The notes: a model not told the origin generated them from the sequence alone. A stretch of 64,000 nucleotides of DNA from Alphaproteobacteria bacterium (GCA_965214705.1 OZ243972.1:2144001-2208000), one strand, 5' to 3'. Positions 50,706-63,689 are shown, numbered from the stretch's first letter. A program made the numbers and translations.

Positions 50706-50761
50706 GTACGTCGCGAGCATTGTAATTCGCCACTAGAATCCGAGACGATGTGAGTGATCCC

Positions 50762-51751
50762 TCACCCCGGCAGGCACCCCGCCTCCACCGCGCGCTGCTT
50801 CACCAGCGCGTAGACCATGTCGATGGCAGGGGTTGGCACACCCACCAGGCGGCCGATCTCGCTGATCACGCCGACCAGCGCTTCGATCTCCATGGGCCGG
50901 CCCAGGTTGAGGTCCTGAAGCATCGAGGTGCGGTGCGCGCCCACCTGCTCGGCGCCTTCGATGCGCTTATCCACGTTGATGGCGAAGCGCGCGCCGAGCG
51001 CCTCGCCCACCGCTTGCCCCTCCGCCATCATGGCGCGGACCACGGCGCGGGTGCCGGCGTCGCGCGCGATGTCCTCCAGCGTGGCGCCCGTGAGTGCGCT
51101 CACCGGGTTGAAGGCGAGGTTGCCCCAGAGCTTGACCCAGATATCCGAGCGGATGTCGGGCCGCACCGGCGACTTGAAGCCGGCGGCGATGAAGGCCCGG
51201 CTCAGCGCCTGCACCCGCTCGCTGCGCGACCCGTCCGGCTCGCCGAAGGGCAGGCGCTTCTGGCTGAGATGGCCGGATATCTCGATCACGCCGGGCTCGA
51301 CGATCTCGCCCGCCGCGAAGATGACGCAGCCGATGGCGCGCTCCGGCCCGATCAGCTCCCACTGGGTGCCGTCGGGGTCCACGGCGGCGATACGCCGGCC
51401 CTCGTAGGGACCTTCCAGCTTGTGAAAGTACCACCAGGGGATGCCGTTGGACGCCGTGACCACCGCGGTCTCCGGCCCGAGCAGCGGCTGCAAACGTTCG
51501 CAGATGCCCGACACCGAGTGCGCCTTCAGGGTGATGATGACGGCGTCCTGCGGGCCAAGCTCCGCCGGATCGTCAGTTGCGCGGATCTCGGCCCGGCGCT
51601 CCTCGCCCCCGGCGCGCACGCGCACGCCGCCTGCCTGCATGGCCGCGAGATGGGGCCCGCGCGCGATCAGCGAAACCTCCGCGCCGCCTTCCGCAAGCTC
51701 CAGCCCGAAGTAGGCGCCGATGGCCCCGGCACCGACAATGCAGATCTTCAC
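50762..51751 (-). CDS. ketopantoate reductase-like protein (PanE2/oxalyl-CoA reductase-like)
   Basis: GAGAIG, NGIPWWYF, WVKLWGN, TSMLQD; GTGA overlap with the upstream ligase. Confidence 0.85.
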   Translation of the reverse strand: MKICIVGAGAIGAYFGLELAEGGAEVSLIARGPHLAAMQAGGVRVRAGGEERRAEIRATDDPAELGPQDAVIITLKAHSVSGICERLQPLLGPETAVVTASNGIPWWYFHKLEGPYEGRRIAAVDPDGTQWELIGPERAIGCVIFAAGEIVEPGVIEISGHLSQKRLPFGEPDGSRSERVQALSRAFIAAGFKSPVRPDIRSDIWVKLWGNLAFNPVSALTGATLEDIARDAGTRAVVRAMMAEGQAVGEALGARFAINVDKRIEGAEQVGAHRTSMLQDLNLGRPMEIEALVGVISEIGRLVGVPTPAIDMVYALVKQRAVEAGCLPG

Positions 51752-53268
51752 GTCGTAATGCCCAGCTTCTCGGCAAGCCCGATGCGCTGCAGCTTGCCGG
51801 TCGCGCCCTTGGGAATCTCGTCGCGGAAGAGGATCGTGCGCGGCACCTTGAAGTCCGCGAGTGACTCGGCGGCGAAGGCGCGGAGCTCCCGCTCGCCCGC
51901 TTCGGCGCCCTCGCGCAGCACGATCACCGCCGCCACGTCCTCGCCGAGTTTCGCGTGCGGCACGGCGAAGGCCACCGCCTGGGCCACCGCCGGGTGGCCC
52001 ATCAGCACATCGTCCACCTCGCGCGGCGCGATCTTCTCGCCGCCCCGGTTGATGATCTCCTTGAGCCGGCCGGTGAGCGTGAGATAGCCGGCCCCGTCGA
52101 TCACCCCCTGATCGCCGGTGCGGAACCAGCCGTTCGAGAACGCCGCCGCGTTGGCCTCCGGGTTGCTCTCGTAGCCGTGGGTGACGTTCGGGCCGCGGAT
52201 TACCACCTCGCCCTCGGTACCCGGCGCCTGCAGCGCGCCGGCCTCGTCCATGATCGCGACCTCGGGCCCGGCGGCGATTCCCACCCCGCCCGGCCTGCGC
52301 TCGGCCGGCGGCATCGGGTTGCTGGTCATCTGGTGGGAGGCCTCGGTCATGCCGTAGGACTCGATCACCGGCGCATCGAAGGTCGCCTCGAGCTCCTCCA
52401 TCACCGGCGCCGGCAGCGAGGAGGAGGAGGAGCGCAGCAGCCGCAGCCTGCGGCGCGCCACGATCTCCTTGTTGCGCGCAGCCCGCGCGAGGATCGCCTG
52501 GTGCATGGTGGGCACGGCGGTGAGCCAAGTGGGCACCATCTCGTCGAGCCAGGCGAAGACGCGGAGCGCGTTGAAGCCCGGTGTGCAGATCACGCAGGCG
52601 CCCGCGTACAGCGAGGCCATCACGCCCGCCATCAGCCCGTGGATGTGGAAGAGCGGCATGATGTTGAGGCAACGATCGCCCGGCTCCAGCGAGATCCAGT
52701 CCGCGATGTTGCGCGCCGAGGCGCACAGATTCGCGCCGGTCAGCGGTACGATCTTGGGCCGGGACGTGGTGCCCGAGGTGTGGAGCACCAATGCGGCATC
52801 GTCCCTACCGTTCCCATCACCCTCCGCCGCTGCGCCCGACGGCGCATCCAGGGTGAAAGTGCCGGCACCCGCACCGCTGTCCGGCGTGAGCCCGATGATC
52901 GGCACGCCCACGCGCTCCGCCGCCTCGATGGCCGGGGTCTCCGCGCCGGCCTCCAGGATCAGTGCCCTGGCCCGGAGGTCTTCAAGGTAGAAGGCGAACT
53001 CGTCCACCCGGTAGGCGGGGTTGAGCGGCGCCGCCGTGGCGTGCGCGGCGGTGGCGAGGAAGGCCGCCGCCATCTCCGGCCCGTTGGGGAGCACGATGGC
53101 CACCCGGTCGCCCTTCCCGATGCCCGCTCGGCCGAGCGCAGCGCCCGTTCGGCCGACCTGCTCGCGCAAGCCGCTATACGTCAGCGGCTCCCGCTCCGGC
53201 GCCGCGATGGCGATGTCGTCCCGCGCGCCCCGCTCCAGCAGCGCGTGGATGTCGGTGGGGTCAGGCAC
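51748..53268 (-). CDS. acyl-CoA synthetase, oxalate-CoA ligase-like
   Basis: [38 protein letters not shown]. Confidence 0.85.
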   Translation of the reverse strand: MPDPTDIHALLERGARDDIAIAAPEREPLTYSGLREQVGRTGAALGRAGIGKGDRVAIVLPNGPEMAAAFLATAAHATAAPLNPAYRVDEFAFYLEDLRARALILEAGAETPAIEAAERVGVPIIGLTPDSGAGAGTFTLDAPSGAAAEGDGNGRDDAALVLHTSGTTSRPKIVPLTGANLCASARNIADWISLEPGDRCLNIMPLFHIHGLMAGVMASLYAGACVICTPGFNALRVFAWLDEMVPTWLTAVPTMHQAILARAARNKEIVARRRLRLLRSSSSSLPAPVMEELEATFDAPVIESYGMTEASHQMTSNPMPPAERRPGGVGIAAGPEVAIMDEAGALQAPGTEGEVVIRGPNVTHGYESNPEANAAAFSNGWFRTGDQGVIDGAGYLTLTGRLKEIINRGGEKIAPREVDDVLMGHPAVAQAVAFAVPHAKLGEDVAAVIVLREGAEAGERELRAFAAESLADFKVPRTILFRDEIPKGATGKLQRIGLAEKLGITT

Positions 53269-53304
53269 GGGTCCGGGCCGCCAGCAGCCAGCGATGCGTC
53301 CGTC

Positions 53305-55251
<1,947 letters not shown>

Positions 55252-55313
55252 CGTGGCGCAACGCCTCCCTCAAGGATTGGCCGACCGTCTCGGCGCGGCC
55301 GGATTATATACGG

Positions 55314-55649
55314 TTAGAGTTCTACGGCGACTGCATCGCCCTCGATGGAGACCGGGAGTTGCCGCAGGTCCTCGCCGATGCAGGGGCCGGAGAGGCAGTG
55401 CCCGTCCTCGATGCGGAAGAGTGCGCCGTGGGTGGCGCAGAGGATCATGTCCTTCTCGCGGGTGAGGAACTGGTCCGGCACCCAGTCGAGCGGGCCAGCG
55501 GTGTGTGGGCACGAATTCTCGTAGGCCCGCACCGTGTCGCCCGTGCGCACGACGAAGACCGAGTGCAGCGCGTCGCCCTCGCGAAAGTCGAAGCCCCTGG
55601 AGCCCGGATCGGGAATCTCGGCGAGCCGGCAGAGCACACGGCGGGGCAT
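55314..55649 (-). CDS. Rieske [2Fe-2S] ferredoxin-like protein
   Basis: CPH...CATHGALF...GPC. Confidence 0.9.
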   Translation of the reverse strand: MPRRVLCRLAEIPDPGSRGFDFREGDALHSVFVVRTGDTVRAYENSCPHTAGPLDWVPDQFLTREKDMILCATHGALFRIEDGHCLSGPCIGEDLRQLPVSIEGDAVAVEL

Positions 55650-55679
55650 GGCGCAGGGACCGTTCGGGCCGCGTCGCCT

Positions 55680-57008
55680 TCAGGCGGCTTCGCGCTCGAC
55701 CGTCCGCAGGCTCGCCAGCACGGCGTCGGCGAAGTGGTCGATCTCCGCCTCCTCCATCGGGGTGGAGAGGCACGCCATGCCGGAGACCGAGGTCACGACG
55801 CCGTGGTTGAGCAGCGCGCGGAACAGCGCATCGAGCCTCCGCGCGCGCCCCTCGGTCCCGGCGCGGTAGACGGCGCGGTAATCGGTGAGCGGCTCGTCAC
55901 TCATGTGGAAGAGGATGAGCGAGCCTTCGCCGGTCACCTGCCCCTCGCAGCCGGCGATGCGGAAGGCCTCGCGCAGCTTGGCGCGCGCGCTCTCGCCGAG
56001 CGCGTTCAGCCGCTCGACGTTCTCGGCCGTGAACATGCGCATCGCCGCAACGCCCGCGGCCATGGAGAGCGGATTGGCCGTGAACGTGCCGGACTGCGGG
56101 CAGGCGGCCTTGCCGGCGCTGCTGTCGTAGACCGCCATCGCTTCCTCGGTGCCCGCCACCGCGCCGATGGGCAGACCGCCGCCGATCACCTTGCCAAGGG
56201 TGGTAAGGTCGGGCTCGAACCCATAGAGGGTCTGGGCGCCGCGCTCGTGCAGGCGGAAGGTGATTACCTCGTCGTCGATGATGAGCGCGCCGGACGAGCG
56301 GCGGAAGTCGTGCAGCATGTCGATGTAGGCCGGGCTCATCGGCGCGCCGCCGCAGCGGGCCGGCACCAGGTCGATCAGCACGGCGGCAAGCTCGTCGGCA
56401 TGGCGCTCCAGGATCGCGCGAGTCCCCGCCACGTCGTTGAAGGGGATGATCACCGCGTCCTGCAGCAGCCCGGCGGGCGTGCCCTTGGCGCAGCCCACCG
56501 GGCGCGGCCGGTCGGTGCCCCAGTTCTGCGGGTCCGGGTCGAGGCTTGCCTCGGCGTAGTCGTAAGCGCCGTGGTAGACGCCCTCGCACTTGGCGATCTT
56601 GGGCCGCCCGGTGAAGGCGCGCGCACCCTTGATGGCGTGCATCACTGCTTCCGTGCCGGTGTTGGTGAAGCGGATGTGCTGGAGCGACGGCGCCAGGCCG
56701 CAGATTTGCTCGGCCAGCTCGATCTCGCTCTCCGTCGCCAGCGTGAGCGACATGAAACGCTCGGCCTGTGTCACCACCGCCTCGACGATGGCCGGGTGCG
56801 AGTGGCCGAAGAGCTGGACCGTGTAGTTGTTGATGAAGTCGATCCGCTCCACGCCATCCACGTCGATGACGCGGCAGCCGTGCGCCTCCTTCGCGTAGAT
56901 CGGATAGGGCGAGAGCTGCGTGAGGCCGCGCGTGCCGCCGCCGGGGAACACCGCGCGCGCCCGCGCGCCGAGCGCGGCTGAGCGCGAGTGCGGATCGGGA
57001 TACGCCAT
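55680..57008 (-). CDS. class III aminotransferase (GSA aminomutase-like)
   Basis: NTGTEA, YHG, DEVITFR, GKVIGGGLP, GTFTANP. Confidence 0.9.
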   Translation of the reverse strand: MAYPDPHSRSAALGARARAVFPGGGTRGLTQLSPYPIYAKEAHGCRVIDVDGVERIDFINNYTVQLFGHSHPAIVEAVVTQAERFMSLTLATESEIELAEQICGLAPSLQHIRFTNTGTEAVMHAIKGARAFTGRPKIAKCEGVYHGAYDYAEASLDPDPQNWGTDRPRPVGCAKGTPAGLLQDAVIIPFNDVAGTRAILERHADELAAVLIDLVPARCGGAPMSPAYIDMLHDFRRSSGALIIDDEVITFRLHERGAQTLYGFEPDLTTLGKVIGGGLPIGAVAGTEEAMAVYDSSAGKAACPQSGTFTANPLSMAAGVAAMRMFTAENVERLNALGESARAKLREAFRIAGCEGQVTGEGSLILFHMSDEPLTDYRAVYRAGTEGRARRLDALFRALLNHGVVTSVSGMACLSTPMEEAEIDHFADAVLASLRTVEREAA

Positions 57009-57145
57009 GGCCGAGTCTCCTGCCGGGGGGATGCGCCCGCGCGAGAGCCTTCCGCGCCGTCGCCGCGCACGCCCTCAGCGAGCCGGCGCCACAATGCGCT
57101 CATCCCGTGCCGTAGGCAAGCGCGTGCGGGCGTAGCGGTGGGGCC

Positions 57146-58378
57146 TTACGGCTCCTTGTCGGGGAACAGCCCCGGCAGCCAGCGCGAGGCGAGCCTGGCT
57201 GGGAAGGCGAGGCGGAGCGGTGCGCGCGAGCTGTCTGAGGCCAGAATGTCTTGCGCGACGAGCGCCGCGGTGATGCGCCGCGCCTGGCGCTCCCCAGTTC
57301 CCAGGAGTTGAGAGACCTCGCCTCGGGGAAGGTCGCCGCGATAGAGGATGGCCTGGAGGACAACGCCGGATTTCTGGGGCAGGACGCCGGCCCTGATCTC
57401 CTCCTCGGCCCAGATCAGGATGCGGTGGCGCAGACGGTCCGGCTGCACGAGCCCTTCCATGAAGTCGACCTGATCGATGCACGCGGTCAGGAAGAAGCGC
57501 GTGAACCCGGCCAGCGCCTCTTCGCTCAGGTGGCCTCGTCCGTCGAGGTCGTTGCGCCGCGTCGCGTCGCAGGCCATGAGCTGGCCCTTGTAGGTGTCTT
57601 CGCTGCGGGCAAAATCGCGGGCGATGGACCAGACGCCGCCGGTATCCAAGCTCTCCAGCAGCATCGCGTGGGACATCAGCCGCGCCACGCGGCCGTTGCC
57701 GTCCAGGAACGGGTGAATCCAGAGCAAACGATGGTGGGCGGCGGCGGTGGCCAGAATGCTGTCCGTCCTGCCGAGCCCGGTGTACGCCGTTTCGAAGCGC
57801 TCCAGGAAGCGTGGCAGCGCGCCCGGACTGACCGGCACATGGTGGCCCACCTTGACATCGCGCTCACGGAGCGCGCCCGGGACCACGGCGATGCTCTCGC
57901 CGGTCGCCGGGTCTTCTGCACGGAGCAGGCCCTCGGGGACCGCCTCGCAGAAGCGCCGATGGATGTCGACTAGGCCGTCGCGGCTCGCGGCACGGCTGCC
58001 CAATCCGCCCCGGTCGATCCATGTCTGAACGGCGATGTGGGCCCTGGCTTCGAGCTGAAGATTGCGCTTGCCGGCATCGGCGCTGTAATCGTCCCGCAGC
58101 GCGCGCTCGATGTCGATCGGGTGCGTGTCGTGGCCCTCGATCAGGTTGCTGTAGTAGCAGTTCATGGCCCGCACGAGATCGGCCAGCGCGGCGAGCACGC
58201 CCTCCGGCAGGCTGCGGCGGAAGCCCGCTGCCTTGCTGGCCAGTTCCACCGCGAGGTCCGTCAACCCGGTGCGGTGTGGCGAGCCCTCGCCCACCACCAG
58301 CGGCTCCATCAAGGCCACCGATTCGCCGCGGTCTGATACTCGTGTGTCCGGTTTCATGTCTTCTGAAGAGTTGACCAT
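57146..58378 (-). CDS. Fic family protein with C-terminal HTH
   Basis: YYSNLIEG; HPFLDGNGRVAR Fic motif; exact start uncertain. Confidence 0.9.
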   Translation of the reverse strand: MVNSSEDMKPDTRVSDRGESVALMEPLVVGEGSPHRTGLTDLAVELASKAAGFRRSLPEGVLAALADLVRAMNCYYSNLIEGHDTHPIDIERALRDDYSADAGKRNLQLEARAHIAVQTWIDRGGLGSRAASRDGLVDIHRRFCEAVPEGLLRAEDPATGESIAVVPGALRERDVKVGHHVPVSPGALPRFLERFETAYTGLGRTDSILATAAAHHRLLWIHPFLDGNGRVARLMSHAMLLESLDTGGVWSIARDFARSEDTYKGQLMACDATRRNDLDGRGHLSEEALAGFTRFFLTACIDQVDFMEGLVQPDRLRHRILIWAEEEIRAGVLPQKSGVVLQAILYRGDLPRGEVSQLLGTGERQARRITAALVAQDILASDSSRAPLRLAFPARLASRWLPGLFPDKEP

Positions 58379-58386
58379 AAGCGACG

Positions 58387-58438
58387 ATATTAGAGTATAT
58401 TAGACGATATTCAAGCTCCGATATGACCTCATATTAGA
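58387..58438. repeat. phased atattaga direct repeats upstream of fic
   Basis: atattaga 58387 and 58397, atattcaa 58407, atattaga 58431. Confidence 0.6.
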
Positions 58439-58592
58439 CCGCTTTCATGTCCCCTTTCTCCAGTCGGCTAAGAGGAGGTGCTTCCTGCACGACAAGCCAG
58501 CGCGAGCGGTGTGCGGTGGCACATTCCGCGCGCGTCTGTTACATGCCGCTGCCGTGGCCGCCGGTAGCGGCTAAACGTGTGAGACCGGTGGA

Positions 58593-59600
58593 ATGAGCGA
58601 CGAGGTTCTCGAGGTCGGCAAGCTGCCGCCGGAACTCCTGGCCGAGGTGCTGGTGACGGGGCGGCCCGTGCCGCCCGAGCTGCTGCTGCCGCCGACGGTG
58701 GGCGAGGACGCGGGCGTCGTCGCCGTGCAGCGGGGCGCCTTGATCGCCGCCAGCGACCCGGTGACGCTGACCGGGCAGGATGTCGGCGCCCATGCGGTGC
58801 TGGTGAACGCGAACGACATCGCGGTCATGGGCGCCAGACCCCGTTGGTTCTTGGCGACGGTCCTGCTGCCGCCGGGGATCACGGCGGACGCGGTGCGCGC
58901 GCTCTATCGGCGCATGCACGAGGCGCTGGCAGATATCGACGCCGTGCTGGTGGGCGGTCATGTCGAGGTTACCGACGCAGTCCGACGCACCGTGGTCGTG
59001 GGCCACATGTTGGGGCTCCGGCAGGACGGCAATTTCGCCCGCACCGCCGCGCTGGAGCCGGGGCATGTGGTGGTGCAGATCGGCCCCGCGCCGGTGGAGG
59101 GCGCCGCCGTGCTCGCGGCCGAAGCGCGGACGCAGCTGGAGGGCAAGGTTGCTGCCGCGACTCTGGCAGAGGCCGCAGGCGCGCTGAGCGACCCCGGCAT
59201 CTCGGTGGTGGATGCCGCGCTCGGTGCCACGACGCTCGGGGCCTCTGCCATGCACGACCCCACCGAGGGCGGACTCTCCGCCGGGCTCTATGAGATGGCG
59301 GAGACGGCGGGCGTCGAGCTCGTGGTCTCGGCCGACGCCGTGCTCTGGTACGAGCCGGGCCGCATCCTGTCGGAGGCGCTGGGGATCGACCCCTGGGGCC
59401 TGCTCGCCTCCGGCGCCCTGCTCGCGGCCTTCCCCGCCGGCGGCGCCGAGGAAGCGCTGGCAACGCTTACCGCCGAGGGTTTCGCTTGCGCGCCTATCGC
59501 CCGAGTCCAAGCGGGAAGTGGCGTTAGATTCGAGTCAGGCGGCGCAGTGCCGCGCTTCGCCCGCGATGAGGTAATCCGCGCATTCAGCACCGAGGGGTAA
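58593..59600 (+). CDS. AIR synthase (PurM/HypE/ThiL-fold) family protein
   Basis: GKLPPELL, GEDAG, SDP, NANDIAVMGA, GGH, MHDPTEGG. Confidence 0.85.
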   Translation: MSDEVLEVGKLPPELLAEVLVTGRPVPPELLLPPTVGEDAGVVAVQRGALIAASDPVTLTGQDVGAHAVLVNANDIAVMGARPRWFLATVLLPPGITADAVRALYRRMHEALADIDAVLVGGHVEVTDAVRRTVVVGHMLGLRQDGNFARTAALEPGHVVVQIGPAPVEGAAVLAAEARTQLEGKVAAATLAEAAGALSDPGISVVDAALGATTLGASAMHDPTEGGLSAGLYEMAETAGVELVVSADAVLWYEPGRILSEALGIDPWGLLASGALLAAFPAGGAEEALATLTAEGFACAPIARVQAGSGVRFESGGAVPRFARDEVIRAFSTEG

Positions 59601-59611
59601 AGGGGCGGCGT

Positions 59612-60427
59612 TCAGGCCGCGCAGTAGTCCGCGTCCGTGCTTTCGGCGCTGGAAAGGTCGACGATGCTGGGCCGCTCGCCGCAGAGCGCGCACGCCGGGT
59701 CGGGCTTCACCTTGATCTTGCGGAAGACCGCGGCGAGCCCGTCGTAGACGATCAGGCTGCCGGAGAGGCTCTCGCCGATCCCGAGCAGTTCCTTCAGCAC
59801 CTCGGTCGCCTGTAGCGAGCCCATGGAGCCCGCCACAGCGCCGAGGATGCCGCCCTCCGCGCAGGAGGGGATCAGCCCCGGCGGCGGCGCCTCGGGAAAG
59901 ATGCAGCGGTAGCAGGGGTTGTCGCCCCCGAGATGGGCCTTGAAGGTCGCAAGCTGGCCGTCGAAGCGCAGGATCGAGGCCGAGACCAGGGTGGTCTGCG
60001 ACAGGTAGCAGGCATCGTTGATGAGGAAGCGCGTCGCGAAGTTGTCGCTGCCGTCGGCGACCAGATCGTAGCGCCCGATCAGGTCCATGGCGTTGTCGGG
60101 TGCAAGCCGCACCGGGTGGCACTCGACCGTCACGTCCGGGTTGATCCGCGCCACGGTCTCGGCCGCGCTCTCGGTCTTGGGATGGCCGATCCGCGCCTCG
60201 GTGTGGGCGATCTGCCGCTGCAGGTTGGAGAGCGCCACCGCGTCGTCGTCGACCACGCCGATGGTGCCGACGCCCGCCGCCGCGAGATAGAGCATGAGCG
60301 GCGAGCCGAGCCCGCCGGCGCCGACCACCAGCACCTTCGAGTCCAGCAGCTTCTGCTGGCCGGGCCCGCCCACCTCCTGCAGTAGAATGTGGCGGGCGTA
60401 GCGCTCCAGCTGGCGTTCGTTGAACAT
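59612..60427 (-). CDS. moeB: MoeB/ThiF adenylyltransferase
   Basis: RYARHI, GAGGLGSP, SNLQRQ, CYRC, CALC. Confidence 0.9.
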   Translation of the reverse strand: MFNERQLERYARHILLQEVGGPGQQKLLDSKVLVVGAGGLGSPLMLYLAAAGVGTIGVVDDDAVALSNLQRQIAHTEARIGHPKTESAAETVARINPDVTVECHPVRLAPDNAMDLIGRYDLVADGSDNFATRFLINDACYLSQTTLVSASILRFDGQLATFKAHLGGDNPCYRCIFPEAPPPGLIPSCAEGGILGAVAGSMGSLQATEVLKELLGIGESLSGSLIVYDGLAAVFRKIKVKPDPACALCGERPSIVDLSSAESTDADYCAA

Positions 60428-60436
60428 GGCGGCGTC

Positions 60437-61435
60437 CTACAACCCCGCGAAGAGGTCGGTGGACAGATAGCGCTCGGCGAAGGAGGGCACGATGACGAGG
60501 ATGCGCTTGCCCGCCATCTCCTCGCGCGCGCCGACCTGGAGCGCCGCGGCGATGGCAGCGCCCGAGGAGATGCCCACCGGGATGCCTTCCAGCCGCGCCA
60601 CCCGCCGGGCGGTCTCGATGGCGGTCTCGTCGCTGATCTGGATCAGCTCGTCGATCACCGAGCGGTCGAGCACGTCCGGCACGAAACCCGCGCCGATACC
60701 CTGAATCTTGTGCGGCCCCGCCGGTGCGCCGGAAAGCACGGCGCTCGCCGCGGGCTCGACCCCGATCAGCTTGAGCGCCGGCAGGCGCGGCTTCAGCACC
60801 TGGCCGATGCCGGTCACCGTGCCGCCGGTGCCGACGCCGCAGACGATGGCATCGAGTTCGCCGCCGGTATCGCGCCAGATCTCCTCGGCGGTGGTCACGC
60901 GGTGGATCGCCGGGTTGGCGGGGTTCTCGAACTGCTGGAGCATCACGGCGCCGTCGATCTCGTCGACCAGCTCTTCGGCGCGCGCGAGCGCGCCGGGGAT
61001 GCCCTTGGCCGCCGGGGTCAGCTCCAGCTCGGCGCCCATAAACAGGAGGATGCGGCGGCGCTCGATGGACATACTCTCCGGCATGGTGAGGATGAGCCGG
61101 TAGCCCTTGGCCGCCGCCACGAAGGCCAGAGCGATTCCGGTGTTGCCCGAGGTGGGCTCGACCAGCACCGAGCGGCCGGGCTCGATCCTGCCCTCGGCCT
61201 CCGCCGCCTCGATCATGGAGACCCCGATGCGGTCCTTGACCGAGGCGAGGGGGTTGAAGAATTCCAGCTTGCCGACGATCTCGGCGCCGCAGCCGGCCTC
61301 GGCGGGCAGGCGGTTGAAGCGCACCAGCGGCGTGGAGCCGATGGTCTCGGCGATGCTGTCGTAAATGCGCCCGCGCACCGCTGGCGGCGGCGCCGTGACG
61401 GCGGGGGCGGTCTCGTCTGGGTGGTCTCGTGCCAT
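60437..61435 (-). CDS. cysK: cysteine synthase A
   Basis: [37 protein letters not shown]. Confidence 0.95.
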   Translation of the reverse strand: MARDHPDETAPAVTAPPPAVRGRIYDSIAETIGSTPLVRFNRLPAEAGCGAEIVGKLEFFNPLASVKDRIGVSMIEAAEAEGRIEPGRSVLVEPTSGNTGIALAFVAAAKGYRLILTMPESMSIERRRILLFMGAELELTPAAKGIPGALARAEELVDEIDGAVMLQQFENPANPAIHRVTTAEEIWRDTGGELDAIVCGVGTGGTVTGIGQVLKPRLPALKLIGVEPAASAVLSGAPAGPHKIQGIGAGFVPDVLDRSVIDELIQISDETAIETARRVARLEGIPVGISSGAAIAAALQVGAREEMAGKRILVIVPSFAERYLSTDLFAGL

Positions 61436-61552
61436 GGTCCGCTCGGATCGCTCGCTCATGCAGCCTTGCGGTCGCCTCGCCGCCCAACCGGCCAGCGAGG
61501 AGCGCCGAGCAGACGCGCTAGTGCGGCCGGCGGTAACTCACCGACCGCCGTA

Positions 61553-61825
61553 TCACTTGGCAGCTATAGAGCAGCCTCTCTTCTTGACCTTCGGGGTTGC
61601 GTCCTCGTCGAGGGCCGTGGAAGCAACGTGTGTGGCGTCCGTCTGGTCGACGCTCGCCTGAGTCTTGCCGCCCTCCGCCTCGATCGAGACCAACTCGAGT
61701 TGCGCGTCGTCCGCGAGCGCCTCGCCGCCGGGATGGCTCGTGAACGCTGCCACCGCCAAGCCTGCGACAAACGCCATGGACAGCACGGCCCCGACACCAA
61801 ACCGACCTCTGCGCCTCATCGTCAT
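61553..61825 (-). CDS. small exported/membrane-anchored hypothetical protein
   Basis: Basic then hydrophobic N-terminus, GGGGGA RBS, co-oriented with neighbours. Confidence 0.45.
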   Translation of the reverse strand: MTMRRRGRFGVGAVLSMAFVAGLAVAAFTSHPGGEALADDAQLELVSIEAEGGKTQASVDQTDATHVASTALDEDATPKVKKRGCSIAAK

Positions 61826-61914
61826 GCTGGTCCCCCCTTCGTGACCGGCCCAGCGCGCTTCGGCGCCGGCAAGCCATTGTGCAATGCGGGACGAACGCGA
61901 TCAACGGCGTTCGC

Positions 61915-62403
61915 TCACCTCCGCGAGCCGTCGTCGCCCTTACGGCCCAGCCCGGTGGAGCCGAAGCCGCCGGCGCCTCTCTCGCTCGGCGGCACCTCGT
62001 CCTCCACCAGACGCGCGCGGCAGACCGACGAGATCACGAGCTGGGCGATACGCATGCCGCGCTCGACGACAAACGGGGCGTCGCCCCAATTGACCAGCAG
62101 CACGCCGATTTCGCCGCGATAGTCGGAATCGATGGTGCCGGGGGCGTTGAGCACGGTCACGCCATGCTTGAGCGCGAGGCCAGAGCGCGGCCTGATCTGC
62201 CCCTCGAAGCCCTCCGGCAGCGCCAGCGCGAGGCCGGTCCCGACCAGGGCGCGGGCGCCTGGCGCAAGCGTGAGCGGGCCGGTGGCAGCGTAAAGATCGA
62301 GGCCGGCGCTGCCCGTGCTTGCATAGCTCGGCAGCGGCAGGTCGCGGCCATGGGCGAGGCGCTGGACCGTGATCTCGACCGGCGCCTCCACCGGCGCGCT
62401 CAT
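61915..62403 (-). CDS. dut: dUTPase
   Basis: [32 protein letters not shown]. Confidence 0.97.
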   Translation of the reverse strand: MSAPVEAPVEITVQRLAHGRDLPLPSYASTGSAGLDLYAATGPLTLAPGARALVGTGLALALPEGFEGQIRPRSGLALKHGVTVLNAPGTIDSDYRGEIGVLLVNWGDAPFVVERGMRIAQLVISSVCRARLVEDEVPPSERGAGGFGSTGLGRKGDDGSRR

Positions 62404-63689
62404 GCCGTCTCAGCGTCCGAGGAGAGCGCTTCGGCGATATGCTGCACCAGCCGCGCGGCGACCTCGGCCTTGCTCATGCGCGGCCACTGCTCCACCGCCG
62501 GCGCCCCGCCATTCTCGGCGCGCGTGAGGAGGAGTATGACATTTTCGTCGTCGCCGAAGACCGCGCCCTCCGCCACCTGATTGGCGAGGATCCAGTCGCA
62601 GCCCTTGGCCGCGAGCTTGGCGGCAGCGTTGGCTTCGACGTCCTCGGTCTCGGCGGCGAAACCCACGACCAGTCGCGGGCGCCTCGGGCCAGGGGCGCTG
62701 AGCGTGGCCAGAATGTCCGGGTTCTCTGTGAGCTCCAGCGTAGGAGCGCCGTCGCCCTGTCCCTCGCCCCTCCGGGGCTTCTTGATCTTCTGGTCCTGGG
62801 GCGCCGCCGCCCGCCAGTCCGAAACCGCCGCCGCGCAAATGGCGATGTCGGACGGCTGACCCTGCTCGCAGGCGGCCAACATCTCCTCGGCCGTCTCGAT
62901 GCGCACCGTCTCGACCCTCTCTGGCGCCGCCTCAGCCGTCGGGCCCGAGACGAGCAGCACGTCGGCGCCCGCCTCGGCGCAGGCGGCGGCGATGGCGTGG
63001 CCCTGCTTGCCGGAGGAGCGGTTGCCGAGGAAGCGCACCGGGTCGATAGGCTCGTAAGTCGGGCCGCTGGTGACCAAGACCCGCAGGCCGGCGAGGGAGC
63101 CGGAGCGGGCGGCCAGAACGTCGGCGATAGCGGCCACGATCTCCGGCACCTCGGCCATGCGGCCGGGGCCGCTTTCGCCCTCCGCGAGCGGGCCGTCGTT
63201 GGGGCCGACGAAGGCGACGCCGTCAGCCTCCAGCCGCGCGCGGTTGCGTTCGGTCGCGGGGTGCTGCCACATCCGCGTGTTCATGGCGGGCGCGACGAGC
63301 ACCGGCTTGTCCACCGCGATCAGGGTGGAGGTCGCGAGGTCATCGGCGATGCCGTGGGCCATCTTGGCCATGATGTCGGCAGTCGCGGGCGCCACCACCA
63401 CGATGTCGGCCTCCTGCCCGAGCCTGATGTGGGCGATCTCGCTGTCACCGGTGAGCGCGAGCGTGTCGGTGTAGACCGCTTGCCCAGCCAGGGTCTCGAC
63501 CGAGAGAGGCGTGACGAATTCGGCGCCGGCACGGGTGAGGATGCAGCGCACATGCGCCCCGTTCTCCCGCAGCCGCCGGATCAGGTCGAGGCACTTGTAG
63601 GCAGCGATGCCGCCCGCGATCGCCAGCAGGATTCGCCTGCCGCACAAAGCTGCGGCGTCCGCTCCGCCCCCGTTTTCCGCTTCCTGCAT
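62400..63689 (-). CDS. coaBC: bifunctional CoaBC
   Basis: [39 protein letters not shown]. Confidence 0.96.
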   Translation of the reverse strand: MQEAENGGGADAAALCGRRILLAIAGGIAAYKCLDLIRRLRENGAHVRCILTRAGAEFVTPLSVETLAGQAVYTDTLALTGDSEIAHIRLGQEADIVVVAPATADIMAKMAHGIADDLATSTLIAVDKPVLVAPAMNTRMWQHPATERNRARLEADGVAFVGPNDGPLAEGESGPGRMAEVPEIVAAIADVLAARSGSLAGLRVLVTSGPTYEPIDPVRFLGNRSSGKQGHAIAAACAEAGADVLLVSGPTAEAAPERVETVRIETAEEMLAACEQGQPSDIAICAAAVSDWRAAAPQDQKIKKPRRGEGQGDGAPTLELTENPDILATLSAPGPRRPRLVVGFAAETEDVEANAAAKLAAKGCDWILANQVAEGAVFGDDENVILLLTRAENGGAPAVEQWPRMSKAEVAARLVQHIAEALSSDAETA

